Source: Candidatus Melainabacteria bacterium (lineage in GTDB: Bacteria; Cyanobacteriota; Vampirovibrionia; Caenarcaniphilales; Caenarcanaceae). Taken from it: a DNA stretch of 64,000 bases. The position numbers were made by a program, and so were the translations under genes. Positions 1 to 11,500 of the stretch are shown in pieces. Positions within the stretch are counted from its first letter, which is position 1. Each line of letters opens with the position of its first letter. The notes below the pieces were generated by a model. That model saw only the letters and a program-made list of their open reading frames with translations, was not told where the DNA came from and did not search any database. The stretch covers positions 4,153 through 68,152 of the forward strand of contig DUDU01000040.1 in assembly GCA_005110395.1 (NCBI GenBank), given 5' to 3'.

Positions 1-154
1 TGATATTAGGTTTTTTCTTAAAGCTAACTTCTTTTTTGTGAATATTCTTGGAGGTATTTAAATTAATTGCATATTTCCCAATTTGATAACCTCCACCTAG
101 GCCAAGGCCTAAAAATAAAGTACCAATGATTATGTATTTAAGGATATTGTTCAT
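1..154 (-). CDS. hypothetical small membrane protein; N-terminal part only, the gene continues past the window edge
   Basis: ATG at 154 on the minus strand is open to position 1. Translation MNNILKYIIIGTLFLGLGLGGGYQIGKY... begins with a hydrophobic helix. Confidence 0.35.
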   Translation of the reverse strand, partial: MNNILKYIIIGTLFLGLGLGGGYQIGKYAINLNTSKNIHKKEVSFKKKPNI

Positions 155-242
155 TTATTCAATCAGAACAGGGATTAAGAGGATTAACTAGAATAAAAAA
201 ATACAAAAAATCCTGTCCATCCTTTTCATTCTCTAAATCTGG

Positions 243-1571
243 TCAAACACGTGCAGCATAATTTTCAAGAACTACTCTTTCATAAATAGAGAAAACTTTA
301 GTTGCAACTTGATCCCATGTCACTGGATACAAATCATCGCAAGCTCTATCCTGAAGCTCTTTAGCCAAAGATGGATAAGTAATCACTGATAGTATAAGTG
401 AGGCTAATTTATCTACATCCCAAAAATCATATCTAAGTACATGCCTAAGAACCTCACCAACTCCAGCTTGTTTGGAAATAATTACTGGTAATCTGTGAGA
501 TAAGGCTTCGAGCACAGTTAGCCCGAATGGTTCTGAGACGGAAGAAAGCACAAAGCAATCAACACTTTTGTAAATTTCTTTTACTTCATCTTCCTTGAGA
601 GCACCTGTAAAAGTCACTTTGTCGAGTATTCCAAGTTCGGCCGTTCTACCTTTTAGATAATCAATCATATCTCCAGATCCTGCAATTACAAATTGAGCAT
701 CTGGTCTCATTTGCAAAACTCGGTGAGCAGCTTCCACAAAGTAATTGGGGCCTTTTTGATAAGTAACTCGTCCGAGAAAAAGTATTTTGGGTGCAGTACT
801 TCCAACTCCTCTAGGAGAAGATGGTGGCCCGTTCATGTCTATTCCATTATGTACAACTTCGATTTTGCGGTGATCGATTCCATAATTATTTACGAGTATA
901 TTTTTGGTAAATTGGCTTACTGCAAAGATTCGATCGGAATATTGACAACCAAGTGATTCTAATTTTTTTACATCTTCATTTCCCAAACCAGGTGAACGGT
1001 CAAATTCGGTAGCATGAACATGCGAAACAAGTGGTTTACCTGAAATTTGCTTGGCAATCATTCCTGCGCCAAAAGTCAACCAATCATGGCAATGAATTAC
1101 ATCAAAATCCAAACTGCTAGCAACCGATGCTGCAATTCGATTGTATTTAACAACTTCATCAATTAAATTTGGTCCATAAACAGCTGAACCTTTATAACTT
1201 TCACCTTCAATCTTTTGCTGTGCTGTCAATATTTGATCAATTGCCTTTTTACTCAGAGGACTCATTTCAATTGATGGATTCACACTAGAATAGGCTTGAA
1301 TATCCGATTTTAAACGAATTGTTTTGACGCCATTAATTTTTATAACTTGATTAGAAAGGCTAAACTCCCAATAATCCGCTCCGAATATTGTGAGTCCTTC
1401 TTCTTTGGAAGATGAGATGTTTTTTGGCAAAATCAGCGTTATATCGACATCGCCTTTTTTAAGCAGCGCTTTCACCAGACCATAGCAAGCCATGCCTAAG
1501 CCGCCTGCAACCATAGGTGGGAATTCCCAACCAAACATTAAAACTTTCAACTTGCGATTTAGAATACTCAA
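243..1571 (-). CDS. GT-B fold glycosyltransferase, glycogen/starch-synthase-like (GT4/GT5-type)
   Basis: 442-aa ORF. N-terminal KVLMFGWEFPPMVAGGLGMACYGLVKAL, a central HDWLT motif, and a C-terminal E-x7-E-like region (SVSEPFGLTVLEAL) typical of retaining GT-B enzymes. Confidence 0.8.
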   Translation of the reverse strand: MSILNRKLKVLMFGWEFPPMVAGGLGMACYGLVKALLKKGDVDITLILPKNISSSKEEGLTIFGADYWEFSLSNQVIKINGVKTIRLKSDIQAYSSVNPSIEMSPLSKKAIDQILTAQQKIEGESYKGSAVYGPNLIDEVVKYNRIAASVASSLDFDVIHCHDWLTFGAGMIAKQISGKPLVSHVHATEFDRSPGLGNEDVKKLESLGCQYSDRIFAVSQFTKNILVNNYGIDHRKIEVVHNGIDMNGPPSSPRGVGSTAPKILFLGRVTYQKGPNYFVEAAHRVLQMRPDAQFVIAGSGDMIDYLKGRTAELGILDKVTFTGALKEDEVKEIYKSVDCFVLSSVSEPFGLTVLEALSHRLPVIISKQAGVGEVLRHVLRYDFWDVDKLASLILSVITYPSLAKELQDRACDDLYPVTWDQVATKVFSIYERVVLENYAARV

Positions 1572-1742
1572 TGGATTCTCCTAGAAGTTTATAAAAATAA
1601 TTTCACTTATATTTAATTTAAATATGCCACTTTTGATAGGGAAATCTCCAAAATAAATTAAGATTTTGAAAATTTTCCTCTTGATACAACTTGACGAAAA
1701 TCATTTCATTTTGATTCCAGAAATTAAGCCATAAGTTTAAAT

Positions 1743-2501
1743 ATGACATCTAAGAAAAATCTTTTCAGCGGCATTTTGCTGGCGGCAGGTTCAGGGCAGC
1801 GATTCAACTCGGATACCACTCAAGAGTTTTGGCCAAAACAATTTTGGGAAATCAAATCAAATTATTCTGTAATTGAAAAAAGCTTTGAAGCAATTGCTCC
1901 ATTTTGTGTAGACATAGTTATGACAATTCCTTCACTAGAAATTATTCAAAGTTCAATATCTTCACAAAAATCTTTTCAAGCAAAGTTGGAAGAAATTATT
2001 TTTCGCATACAAAAATCAGCCATAAAACATCAATGTAAATTTTCCATATGCTCTGGTGGCGAAACTCGACAAGCATCAGTTAGCAAAGCTCTTGAATTGA
2101 TTGATTCTGAATATTTGCTAATTCATGATGGAGCCAGACCATTAGTTCACATAGACGATTTAGAGAAGCTTATTGAAAAAACCATTTTGCATAAAGCAGC
2201 CATTTTGGCAACACCCATCACTGATACCATTAAGCAAGCCAAAGAATTGAATATTATTGATAAAACTATCTCGCGGAATATGCTGTGGGCAGCACAAACT
2301 CCACAAGCTTTTGAAACGAAATTATTTAGATATGCATTATCAAAAGCAAATGAGGATAACTTTATTGGAACTGATGATGCATCTCTGATGGAAAATCTTG
2401 GTAGCCAATCAGATTACTGCGTTCAATTAGTTGAAGCCACAAAGCCAAATCCAAAAATTACTTATAAAAGTGATTTAGATTGGATAAGATTTTTGGGATA
2501 A
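1743..2501 (+). CDS. ispD: 2-C-methyl-D-erythritol 4-phosphate cytidylyltransferase
   Basis: LLAAGSGQRF P-loop-like motif, GGETRQASV, IHDGARP and GTDDASL, all IspD signatures. 252 aa. Confidence 0.85.
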   Translation: MTSKKNLFSGILLAAGSGQRFNSDTTQEFWPKQFWEIKSNYSVIEKSFEAIAPFCVDIVMTIPSLEIIQSSISSQKSFQAKLEEIIFRIQKSAIKHQCKFSICSGGETRQASVSKALELIDSEYLLIHDGARPLVHIDDLEKLIEKTILHKAAILATPITDTIKQAKELNIIDKTISRNMLWAAQTPQAFETKLFRYALSKANEDNFIGTDDASLMENLGSQSDYCVQLVEATKPNPKITYKSDLDWIRFLG

Positions 2502-2528
2502 AGTTTTGATTAAAAGTAAATCTGATGA

Positions 2529-3233
2529 TTGATAATGATTAACAAAATAGCCCTTGCTCTAGATCTATCGACTAAAGAGGAAATTGAAATACTTATAAAT
2601 CAATTAAATCCTCAGCCCCAAATTTTTAAAATTGGTTTTCAAGCTATATATTCGCTGGGATTATTTGAATGCTTGCGATTGGTGAATAATCTTGCTCCTC
2701 ATTCTGATATTTTCTTGGATCTCAAGCTTCATGACATTCCCAATACTGTTAGTCAAGCTGTTCAGTCTCTTAGTAAGGTTAGTGAATTATATAAAATTAA
2801 ATATTTGACCATTCACGCCTTGGGTGGAAGCAAAATGCTCAGCGAATCATCTAAAGTTTCTGAAGGAAAAATCAATTTAATAGCTGTAACTGTTTTAACT
2901 TCTCATTCTGAAGAAGACATTCAACATGATTTGGGGTTGCCTTTAGATAAGCTTTCTATGAAACTTGCTGAAAATGCTCACCAAGCGGGCATTGAATGGC
3001 TGGTTTCTTCAGCGCATGAATGCAAAAATCTAAAAAACAAATTTTCCGACATGAAAATAATTACACCGGGAATTAGACCAGAAGTAAATAGTGCAAACAA
3101 CGGAGATCAGTCTAGAGTCATGACACCAAAACAAGCTCTTGAAGATGGAGCAGATATTATGGTTATTGGACGCCCTATTTATAAATCAGACAATCCCCAA
3201 AAAGTTTGGAGTCAAGTTTTAGAGAATCATTAA
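2529..3233 (+). CDS. pyrF: orotidine 5'-phosphate decarboxylase
   Basis: IALALD near the N-terminus, FKIGFQ, DLKLHDIPNTV and a C-terminal IVIGRPI motif. 234 aa. Confidence 0.85.
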   Translation: MIMINKIALALDLSTKEEIEILINQLNPQPQIFKIGFQAIYSLGLFECLRLVNNLAPHSDIFLDLKLHDIPNTVSQAVQSLSKVSELYKIKYLTIHALGGSKMLSESSKVSEGKINLIAVTVLTSHSEEDIQHDLGLPLDKLSMKLAENAHQAGIEWLVSSAHECKNLKNKFSDMKIITPGIRPEVNSANNGDQSRVMTPKQALEDGADIMVIGRPIYKSDNPQKVWSQVLENH

Positions 3234-3280
3234 CCAAAGAAACTTCAGATTGCAAATTTACTTAAAGTGATGAAAGAAAG

Positions 3281-4300
3281 TCAGTGATAGCCTAAATTCA
3301 GAGGGATTGTTTGTATCAGAAGCCTCAAAATGAGTCGACCCCTGGGTGAAATTTCCATTGAGGAGAAATTAGTCCTATTGAATTTACGAGGTGCAATTCT
3401 CGCCCATGAATTAAGAATAGTTGGATTATTTTTGGCTTCATCTTCAAAACTATTTCGGGATATTGGCATGAATATAAATATAGTGTCACCACCAACTGCT
3501 TTGAATGAAGATCTAACTTTTTCTTCGTACAATGCCAAAAATCAACCAAATTGCCTTGATATCCTACCTTATCATCGCTGTAATCTGAATTCTCTTGAGG
3601 CCAATTGTCTAATAAAGATTGTCTGAATTGATGAGCAAATTCAGCCTCAAGAAAATCATCATATTTACAAAGAAATAGTTGTTGAGAATCTCAATATTCT
3701 GGTATATCAGCAAAATATTCTTTTGAGCCAAGAAGTGATTTTTTTCCTTCAAGTTGTGTTATTAATCAGGCTTAGTTAAAGTGAGGGTATTTGCTGTTGT
3801 GCCGCTCTAGCATATTGAACTGACTTGGAATCAAAATAACTTTTGACTAGATCTTTGTTGGACTGAATCACTCTTAGCTTTCTTACCTTCAAGCTTCTCA
3901 GGTTCTCACGACTGGTCGGTCTTTCTTCATTGAATATCACTGATTTTCAATGTCTGTTTAAATACTCATCTGGATTAAGGTCTGGTGAACATGTAGGCAA
4001 GTAAAACATTCCCACCTGCCCTTGATAAGCGTTAACCCATTCTTTGGCTTTTTAATCTCCGCTTTCTCCTTGTGAGCCCTTCGTTCAATTGCTGGATACT
4101 CCTCATCAAGCCACTTCCTAGCTAACTCAGGATTTTGTTCCATTACTTTCTTGGCTGGTTTTTCTGGTGAGAATCCCCAATCATGAAGCCAAGTATATAA
4201 AGTTTTCAATGCTGCGGCAATTCTATATTTTTGCCAAATAAGCTTCTGAACAGCTTCTCGAATCCATAAACAAATAAGGCAAATTGAGTGTTCCTGATTT
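3281..4300 (-). pseudogene. degraded IS630/Tc1-mariner-family transposase remnant
   Basis: The minus-strand fragment ...AAALKTLYTWLHDWGFSPEKPAKKVMEQNPELARKWLDEEYPAIERRAHKEKAEI resembles the HTH-linker part of IS630 transposases. The remaining ~700 nt downstream is broken into short overlapping ORFs (3281..3626) by stops and frameshifts. The total span of ~1 kb fits one IS630 transposase. Confidence 0.5.
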
Positions 4301-4595
4301 ATAAGGTAACTCGAACAATTCAGAGGAAATTAATTTAGTTTTTGATGCAAGTCATTGCAAAAGAGAATTTTGCTTATTCCTCTTTAACCGCAATGGTACC
4401 AATATTCACTATGACTTTCAGAGCTCTGGGAGGATAGTGTATTACAAGCAGGCTCTGGAGGAGATTAGAAAGACACACAAGATACTAAGTTTCACAAATG
4501 TCTGATTTAAGCTACATACCAATTGTCTAACAATAGAACTAAGGACTTCGAGCTTGAATTTGAAATATATTTGGCTAGTACATTGCAAATCAATT

Positions 4596-5666
4596 TTAAA
4601 TACAACTATCTTGCATAACATTTTTGCCGTTCTTTTGCTGGCAACCAGAACCAGTTCCACAAGCTTTTGCGAGACAAATAGTTTTGTTTTCGGGAGAACC
4701 AAAACAACATACAGTTTTAGCAGGACCAGTTGGTTGTTCTCCATTTTGACAATTCACTTTCTTGCAAATAACACAAGGCCAATCTCCTTTTCCACCTCTA
4801 CCTTTGCATAGTGTAACAGCTGGCCCGTCGGCAGCCTTAGCTGGAAATACTGCTTTGAGAGAAGGCTTAACATACTTGGAGTCAAGAGTGTTTGTATTGC
4901 TGAGAGCTAATCCATTGTAAGAATTGTTATCAGCAAAATCTTTTTTATTCTCAAAAATACCTTCATTAACTAAAAGTGGAGAAATGCGTCTTAAAATTGA
5001 ACTTAATGGAGAATTACTTTTATATAGAGGCTTATTACTTGCTTCTTCTATTGATTTCACTCTTTTAGCTTCAAAATTAGCAACATTTAGCAGTGCACAT
5101 TTTGTTTTTGCAGCATCTTCACATCCATAAGCTTTAAGAATACCTTTTATTGAATTAGCACCATCATAACGAGCTTTGACTTGCCAAATAGCATTTGCAT
5201 TTTTTGTTCCTTGTGAGAAGTCAGTCATCCACTCAATATTACTCTCATCAACAGAAATTTTAGTAATAATAAGAGGTGCTTTCTCATTCTGAATACCAGT
5301 AGGAGGAGTAGCACATTCATTATTGCTTTCTGTATTGGTATAGCTGCCTTTCGTTTCATACATATCACCAACTGCGTACATTGGTCCATTGCCCTTTTCT
5401 CTGAAAAATGATTTTTCGCCAGGTTTAATGTCGTATCCAATACTTGTCTTGGACATTCTGCGAAAATCTAACTTGAAATAACCAACATAAAGAGGACAAT
5501 TTGGGTTTGGTAAACGACCCCCAACAGATTTTGTTGAATCACCACGACGAATTAAATATTGCCATTCGCCATTTACTGAAGTTTTCGCAAAAGCACTATC
5601 TGATAATCCTAAAATAAATGCAATTAAAACAAATGCTAATTGATGAATTGTTTTGTGCTTGTACAT
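4596..5666 (-). CDS. secreted hypothetical protein with a Cys-rich C-terminal module
   Basis: Start placed at MYKHKTIHQLAFVLIAFILGLSDSAFA (signal-peptide-like), which lies inside the longer track ORF. The last ~70 aa contain about 12 Cys (CKGRGGKGDWPCVICKKVNCQNG...CCFGSPENKTICLAKACGTGSGC). No family recognised. Confidence 0.6.
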   Translation of the reverse strand: MYKHKTIHQLAFVLIAFILGLSDSAFAKTSVNGEWQYLIRRGDSTKSVGGRLPNPNCPLYVGYFKLDFRRMSKTSIGYDIKPGEKSFFREKGNGPMYAVGDMYETKGSYTNTESNNECATPPTGIQNEKAPLIITKISVDESNIEWMTDFSQGTKNANAIWQVKARYDGANSIKGILKAYGCEDAAKTKCALLNVANFEAKRVKSIEEASNKPLYKSNSPLSSILRRISPLLVNEGIFENKKDFADNNSYNGLALSNTNTLDSKYVKPSLKAVFPAKAADGPAVTLCKGRGGKGDWPCVICKKVNCQNGEQPTGPAKTVCCFGSPENKTICLAKACGTGSGCQQKNGKNVMQDSCI

Positions 5667-6575
5667 GAATTCTATGTTTATGCTGGTGAATGGAAGCTTA
5701 AAATTTTTAGATATAACTAAAGCTTGATTGTATATTTTCAACTTTCCCCTAAAAGGAAATTCTGAAACATTTTGAAACAAAGTCGGTCCAAAATTATGGA
5801 CAAAGAGGTGAATTTGTTTCTAGAAAATTAATTCTTTGAAAAATTTCAGAAATGTAAATTACACATCATTGATTTGAAAACAAGCTTTTAACTTCATTAT
5901 CAAGCTCAAGTTATATACAATCTATATACCAAGTTTGGAAACACTATTAACAAGAAATCAACAAATCAATTCTTTCAAAAAGATTAAGTCAGTTTTGAGA
6001 TTCTACTTTTTTGTTTTTATCAATTTGGATTATGAGAGAGGGAGTTTTATTTCTAAATTCCAATGTTCCAAGTATCTTTTGATTCATTCGGACTAGGGAT
6101 ATAGTTAGTAAGGCTTGGGTTCGTCTCTGACAAGTTTTATGCAAAACCCTTTTCTGGATTGAGAAGGAAGCCAGAAGTTTACCAATCCACAGAGTGCTGA
6201 AATCAATTACCTGGAAATGAAAAGCTCCTGCTTTCAAAGATCCCGTGAGTGGGAGCTGCTGCTCATTCTGATGGGTAAGGTACTAAGCAATGAAATTTTC
6301 TACAGAATAACTCTTTCAATAAATTATTTCAAGGAACAATGGGGTGATAAAAGACAGAAGCCTTGTTTGTTTTACTCTCTCCAACCTCTAGAGGAAGAAT
6401 TGCTTCATTTGCGTTGGATTTCCCCTGATAAAGCTTTTAAGTGATGAGTTGGTATTGACTAGGAACGAAAATTAAAACAACATTGTAGCTGAATTAATAG
6501 TCTTTAAAGATGAGTATGCTATAAGGTAAGCATGGTTGCCGAGTAGTTACAGTCAAACTGAAAATAGAAAACTCA

Positions 6576-6920
6576 ATGAATATGTTGATCATTTTGTCAT
6601 ATATTGCAAATGTTTTAATACTTACTCCGATTTGTATTCTCTTACTCATGAGAAATAATAGGATGAATGAAGTCTATGGCATAGATACAACTGCTCGTCA
6701 AATTCTGCTTTGTATGTATTTAACAATTCTTATTTTAAGTGTTTATTGCTTGTTAAAAGCTGATACAACATTATTGATTGCTTGGATAATTTTAGGTTTT
6801 CAAGTTATTTACAAATCATTGAGTTTAATCATTATTAGAGACAAGAAAGTTCCTGTATATTGGTTTAATTTTGGAGTTGCAATTCTACATTCCATAACTT
6901 TATTTATGAATCCACTTTGA
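6576..6920 (+). CDS. small integral membrane protein (about 4 TM helices), unknown function
   Basis: 114-aa ORF consisting almost entirely of hydrophobic helices. No motif recognised. Confidence 0.45.
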   Translation: MNMLIILSYIANVLILTPICILLLMRNNRMNEVYGIDTTARQILLCMYLTILILSVYCLLKADTTLLIAWIILGFQVIYKSLSLIIIRDKKVPVYWFNFGVAILHSITLFMNPL

Positions 6921-7160
6921 TTGAAAGAATTTGATTGAAAAAGTTTCATTACAAAAATGTTGATAGAAAAACTGCTCTTGGAAAAAATCTAGCTTAGAAA
7001 AAACATTAGTGAGTTTAAAATATTAATGAGATTCAGTAAGTTAATGTTCGCTTTTGATGGCAATCCAGTATCTAACAAAAATGAAGCAAAATTTCACAGT
7101 ATTTCTACCAATCTAGTAATCTTTTCTTATCTCAATAATCGCTGTACTAAATCCCATTTA

Positions 7161-8294
7161 ATGAATACGCAAACTACAGTAAAAAAAATCCCTTTTATAA
7201 GTTTAAGAACAGAGCCTGGTTTTGATGAAGCGGTGGAAGCTCGATGGCAAAAAGCTTTGCATAATTCTCAATTTATTGCAGGTCCAGCAACCAAAGAATT
7301 AGAATCAAAAATACTCGACTATACTCAAGCCAACAATTTTATTCCTTGCGCAAATGGAACTGATGCTATTCAATTAGCCCTTAGAGCAGTTGGTATAGGA
7401 CAAGGGGATTCTGTTCTTTTACCCGATTTTACCTTTTGGGCAACTTATGAAGCAATTATCAATGTTGGTGCTACCCCAATTATGGTTGATGTATCGAGTC
7501 AAGATTATCAAATGGATTTCGATTTATTTTTAGAAGCGGTTCAGAAATTTAAGCCCAAAGCTGCTATTTTGGTTCACCTTTATGGATGGTGCTCTAGCCG
7601 ATTGAATGAATTTCGAGCATATTGCAGTAAAGAGAAAATCTTTTTAATTGAAGACGGAGCACAGTCTATTGGTAGTTTATTTGAAGGTGAGCGTATTTTT
7701 CAATCAGCCTTTTTAGCAACCACTTCTTTTTATCCTGCAAAAGTTTTAGGGGCAGCTGGTGATGCTGGCGGTATTTTCTGCCAGGACAAAGCTATTGCTG
7801 AAAAATGTGTACAACTGGGAAATCATGGCAGAAGCTCGCATTATGGACATGAGTATGTGGGTTGGAATTCTAGAATGGATGAATTACAAGCCCATTTTCT
7901 TTGTGAAAGCCTTGAGAAACTGCCAGAAAGAATAAAGTCACGTCGTGAATCAGAAAAAAAATATTTTGACTTTATTAGTAAAAATCCGAATCTACCATTA
8001 GAAGCAAAATTAGAACCTAGCAATATACAAGGCAATGGTTATTTGCAAGTCAGTATTGCCAAAAGTAGCTACAAAGATTTGTCGGCCAAACTCAATTTAC
8101 TTGGCATCACCACAGGCAATGTTTATCCTAGCCCAATGTCAGCTCAAAAAGGCGCCATAAATCCTATATTAGTAAGCAAAGATCATGTAACTCAGCAAAT
8201 ATCAAAAAAAGTTATCAACTTACCTTTATTTCCATACATGACTGATTCGGAAATCGATTATGTTTGCGATTGTTTGGTTAATTCTTCTAGTTAA
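7161..8294 (+). CDS. DegT/DnrJ/EryC1/StrS-family PLP-dependent sugar aminotransferase
   Basis: IPFISL..., ELESKILDYT, CANGTDAIQLAL, LIEDGAQSIGS and SFYPAKVLGAAGDAGG are typical of this family. Start moved to the ATG at 7161 (MNTQTT) because the upstream 45 codons are not family-like. Confidence 0.85.
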   Translation: MNTQTTVKKIPFISLRTEPGFDEAVEARWQKALHNSQFIAGPATKELESKILDYTQANNFIPCANGTDAIQLALRAVGIGQGDSVLLPDFTFWATYEAIINVGATPIMVDVSSQDYQMDFDLFLEAVQKFKPKAAILVHLYGWCSSRLNEFRAYCSKEKIFLIEDGAQSIGSLFEGERIFQSAFLATTSFYPAKVLGAAGDAGGIFCQDKAIAEKCVQLGNHGRSSHYGHEYVGWNSRMDELQAHFLCESLEKLPERIKSRRESEKKYFDFISKNPNLPLEAKLEPSNIQGNGYLQVSIAKSSYKDLSAKLNLLGITTGNVYPSPMSAQKGAINPILVSKDHVTQQISKKVINLPLFPYMTDSEIDYVCDCLVNSSS

Positions 8295-8419
8295 TAGGCT
8301 GTACGTACATATCACAAAGCAATCACCTGATCGGAGATTCAGATGATTATTGAGCTTCTATTGTTTTCTGGTAATTCAAATCTCTATTTAAACACGCAAC
8401 CTTTTTTCTTTATGGCAAT

Positions 8420-8463
8420 AAATAGTTTTTGTCATTAGCATCGATCTCATCCAAAAACTATTT
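8420..8463. terminator. AT-rich perfect 12-bp inverted repeat between convergent genes (candidate bidirectional terminator)
   Basis: aaatagtttttg (8420-8431) and caaaaactattt (8452-8463) are exact reverse complements with a 20-nt loop. The repeat lies between the stop of the aminotransferase (8294, +) and the stop of the RM gene (8514, -). Confidence 0.3.
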
Positions 8464-8513
8464 ACTAAAAAGATTATTGAAGAAGCCTAAAAAAACTTCA
8501 ATGAATTGCCAAA

Positions 8514-11500
8514 TCATTTACGCCCTCCCGCTGAAATAGCGAACTCAGCATTCTCAATCCCAATATCATCAATTTCTTTCATAAGTCTATCTGTTTCAGT
8601 TAAAGCAACAATCACTTTCTGGTAGTGCAAAATATCTTCGTAGCTTAACTCTCTTCCTTTACGGTCTTTGAGCCACTTTTGAGCTGGTTGATAGCCTCCA
8701 ATATAAAACTCCCATGCAAGCTTAGGTACATTATCAAAATACTGTTCAGAGTTTATGTAAACCTTACTTTCGTCTTTGAACTCAACCTTCTCAACCTGAT
8801 TACTTCCATCTTGTGGATAGCTAGTTATGTATTGATTGGCTTTTGAGGATTCCAACAAATGAAGCTCTCTAAGCTCAGAACCTTTCTCAACAAGCTTCCA
8901 AAATCTTTCTTGATTGTCAGGATAAGGTACTCTGGGGAAATCAACTTTTAAAAATTCTTTGTACTTTTCTCTATAACTGGGTGAATGTAAAACTGCATAA
9001 ATGTAATCAAGTAAATCAATTGGTGCAAAAGAATTACCTCCCCCGCCTCCTTGTAAGGAGGAGCTAAAACCTTGATCTTCTGAGTTCCCCCTTTCAAGGG
9101 GGGTAGGGGGTAACTTCTCAGCCGTGAATTTCAAACCTAGTTTATTTGCAATTTCATTAACAATTTCGTCTTTGAGATTAGGTCTTCTCTCTGGTTCTTT
9201 CTCAATTAGAGAGGTTTGTTCTTTGGATTGTTCAGAATATAGATAAAGTGGGAAACAATTTGCTTTACCCCTGTTACTGTACGTTGTTCTATTGTCGATA
9301 GGATCACGAGTTAGAAGAATATGGCTAAAAGATGAATCTACGTATTGCCTCATTGCAACTAATGCGTAGTTGTCTGTCTTGCGGGAACTTTGCAATAAGT
9401 GTTTCATAACATTTATTCTCGGATATGCAATAAACCCTCCTTTAAAAGTGAATAAAGTTTTTCTCCAGTCAAAAGGACGATAGAGAATCTCTCCTATTAA
9501 TTTTTGACTGCTTTCTATATCTTTTTTAGCATTGGAAACTCTCCAATCTCGTCCATCAGAAATTTTGTATTTTGCTTTTATTTGTTCTTCATTTAAATTT
9601 TCAAAATCATTTATAACTTTCAAAAGATCACTTTGAGTGAATTGAATTGCTAATTCATCTTTCTGAGTTTCAATACCATTAGAGTTAACCGTCATAAGTT
9701 CTAAAATTGAAAAGTCTTTTTTATAACTATTTTCATCTTTATAATCTTTGGGTATAAAAAAGTACTCAGGTTCTTTTACAGATAATTCAGTCCAATTAAT
9801 TGATTTAATGCTGTTATTCCAAAGATACTCATATTTTTGCTCACGCTTACCAAAACTATCTAGATGGACTACTGATTTAACTGATTTTGGTTTACCTGTT
9901 CTCACAAAGATATTAATTGATACACCTTGTTTAATATCAAATACATTTTCATCCTCAGAACCATCAGGTGAAACTTCTCTTTTATCAGAAGCTCCGTGCA
10001 AGTCGTAAATATAGATTTTATCGAAGCTCTCACTCAATGACTTTCGCATCTGTCTATGAGTAATTCCATCAATAAAAGAATTATTCGTAATCATTGCAAC
10101 AATGCCTTGCCCGTTCTTATCAATAAAGTGCTGAGCATAACGAATAAACTTTATGTAGTCATCGTCTAAATTTATCTTCTTCTCATTCAAATCCTTTTTG
10201 TATTCTTTTATTAGTTCTAGAATCCACTCGCCTTTATTGCTTGAACTGACTGAATAAGGCGGGTTGCCCATTACAACCATAACAGGGGTATTTTTCTTAA
10301 TATCATTCGCTTCCTGAGCCTCAGCACTTAACCAAGTAGCAAATAAACTTCCAGTATGAGGATGAGCCTCTTCCAGTGCATTAGTCAAAAAAACTCTAAA
10401 TCTTTGTGGATTTTTCGGGTCTTTCGGTTTGTATCCAGTTTCTTGTAAAAGTAAATCGAGTTTTAAATGAGCAACTGCATAAGAGGCCATCAAAAGCTCA
10501 AAACCATTCAAGCGAGGAATTAAATGTTCATCAACATACTTACTCCAAATACCTTGTTGACCTTCAAAGTTTTTATAAACATGTTTAATAACTTCACTCA
10601 AAAAAGTCCCTGTTCCAGTGGCTGGATCAAGAATTTGCACTTTGTCTATTTTTTGCTTGACTTTTTTGTATTTTTTTCCGTCATAAACTTCCGAATCAAT
10701 TTCAATTTGGCTAGTATCAGCTAAGCCCATTGGCAAAGCAAAATCAGTTTTCAGTATCTCATCAACTGCTCTAACAATAAAATTCACAATTGGCTCAGGA
10801 GTGTAGTAAACGCCTTTACTCTTACGCAATTTTGGGTTGTACTCAGCTAGAAAGGTTTCATAAAAATGGATAATTGGATCATTACGTTGAGTTGAACTTC
10901 CAAATTCTTTGAGTATTTTCTTTAAATCACAAGCTCTAAAAACTTCTGCTAGAGCGTCAACAATCCAAACCAATCTATCATCAAGGTCATAACCTGCAAT
11001 ATAATGAAAAAGCTTTCTCAAAAAAGGATTCGACTTTGGAACAAGCTCAGCGGCTTCCTTACGGGAAAAGTCTTCTAAAGTCTCATCATGAAAGCGAGCG
11101 GCAAACATTCCATAAGCAATAGTCTGAGCGTAAATATCAGCAAAAGTAGCTTCATCAATATCATGAATTAAAACTTGCTTAAAGGCTTCCATCTGGTCTC
11201 TAAGAGTTGTTTCAGCTTCATCCTTTAATGCTCTGAAAATTATGTCCTGCATTAATTTGGCTTTTCCCGCCATTATCTTTGCAAGCTTAGGAGCTGATTT
11301 AATGGTTTGACCTGAATAAGTACAAAAGTCTTTAATCAAGCTATCAAATTGATCCCAATTCCCTTTTAAGGGCTTTAGCTTCCCTTCATCGAGCTCAGCT
11401 ATTTTGACTGAAGCAACCTTCTCACCATTCCTAAACAGCCTAAATTCAAGGTAATCAGTAATAAACAAATTGTCCAGACTGGCTTTGTAACGCTTTATTT

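Noticed and set aside
5989-6444. ORFs of 82 aa (-) and 75 aa (+) in the 5.8-6.6 kb gap, examined as possible transposase, integrase or intron-encoded remnants.
   Set aside because: Translations in all frames gave no recognisable motif. The ORFs overlap each other head to head, and stops are frequent in adjacent frames.
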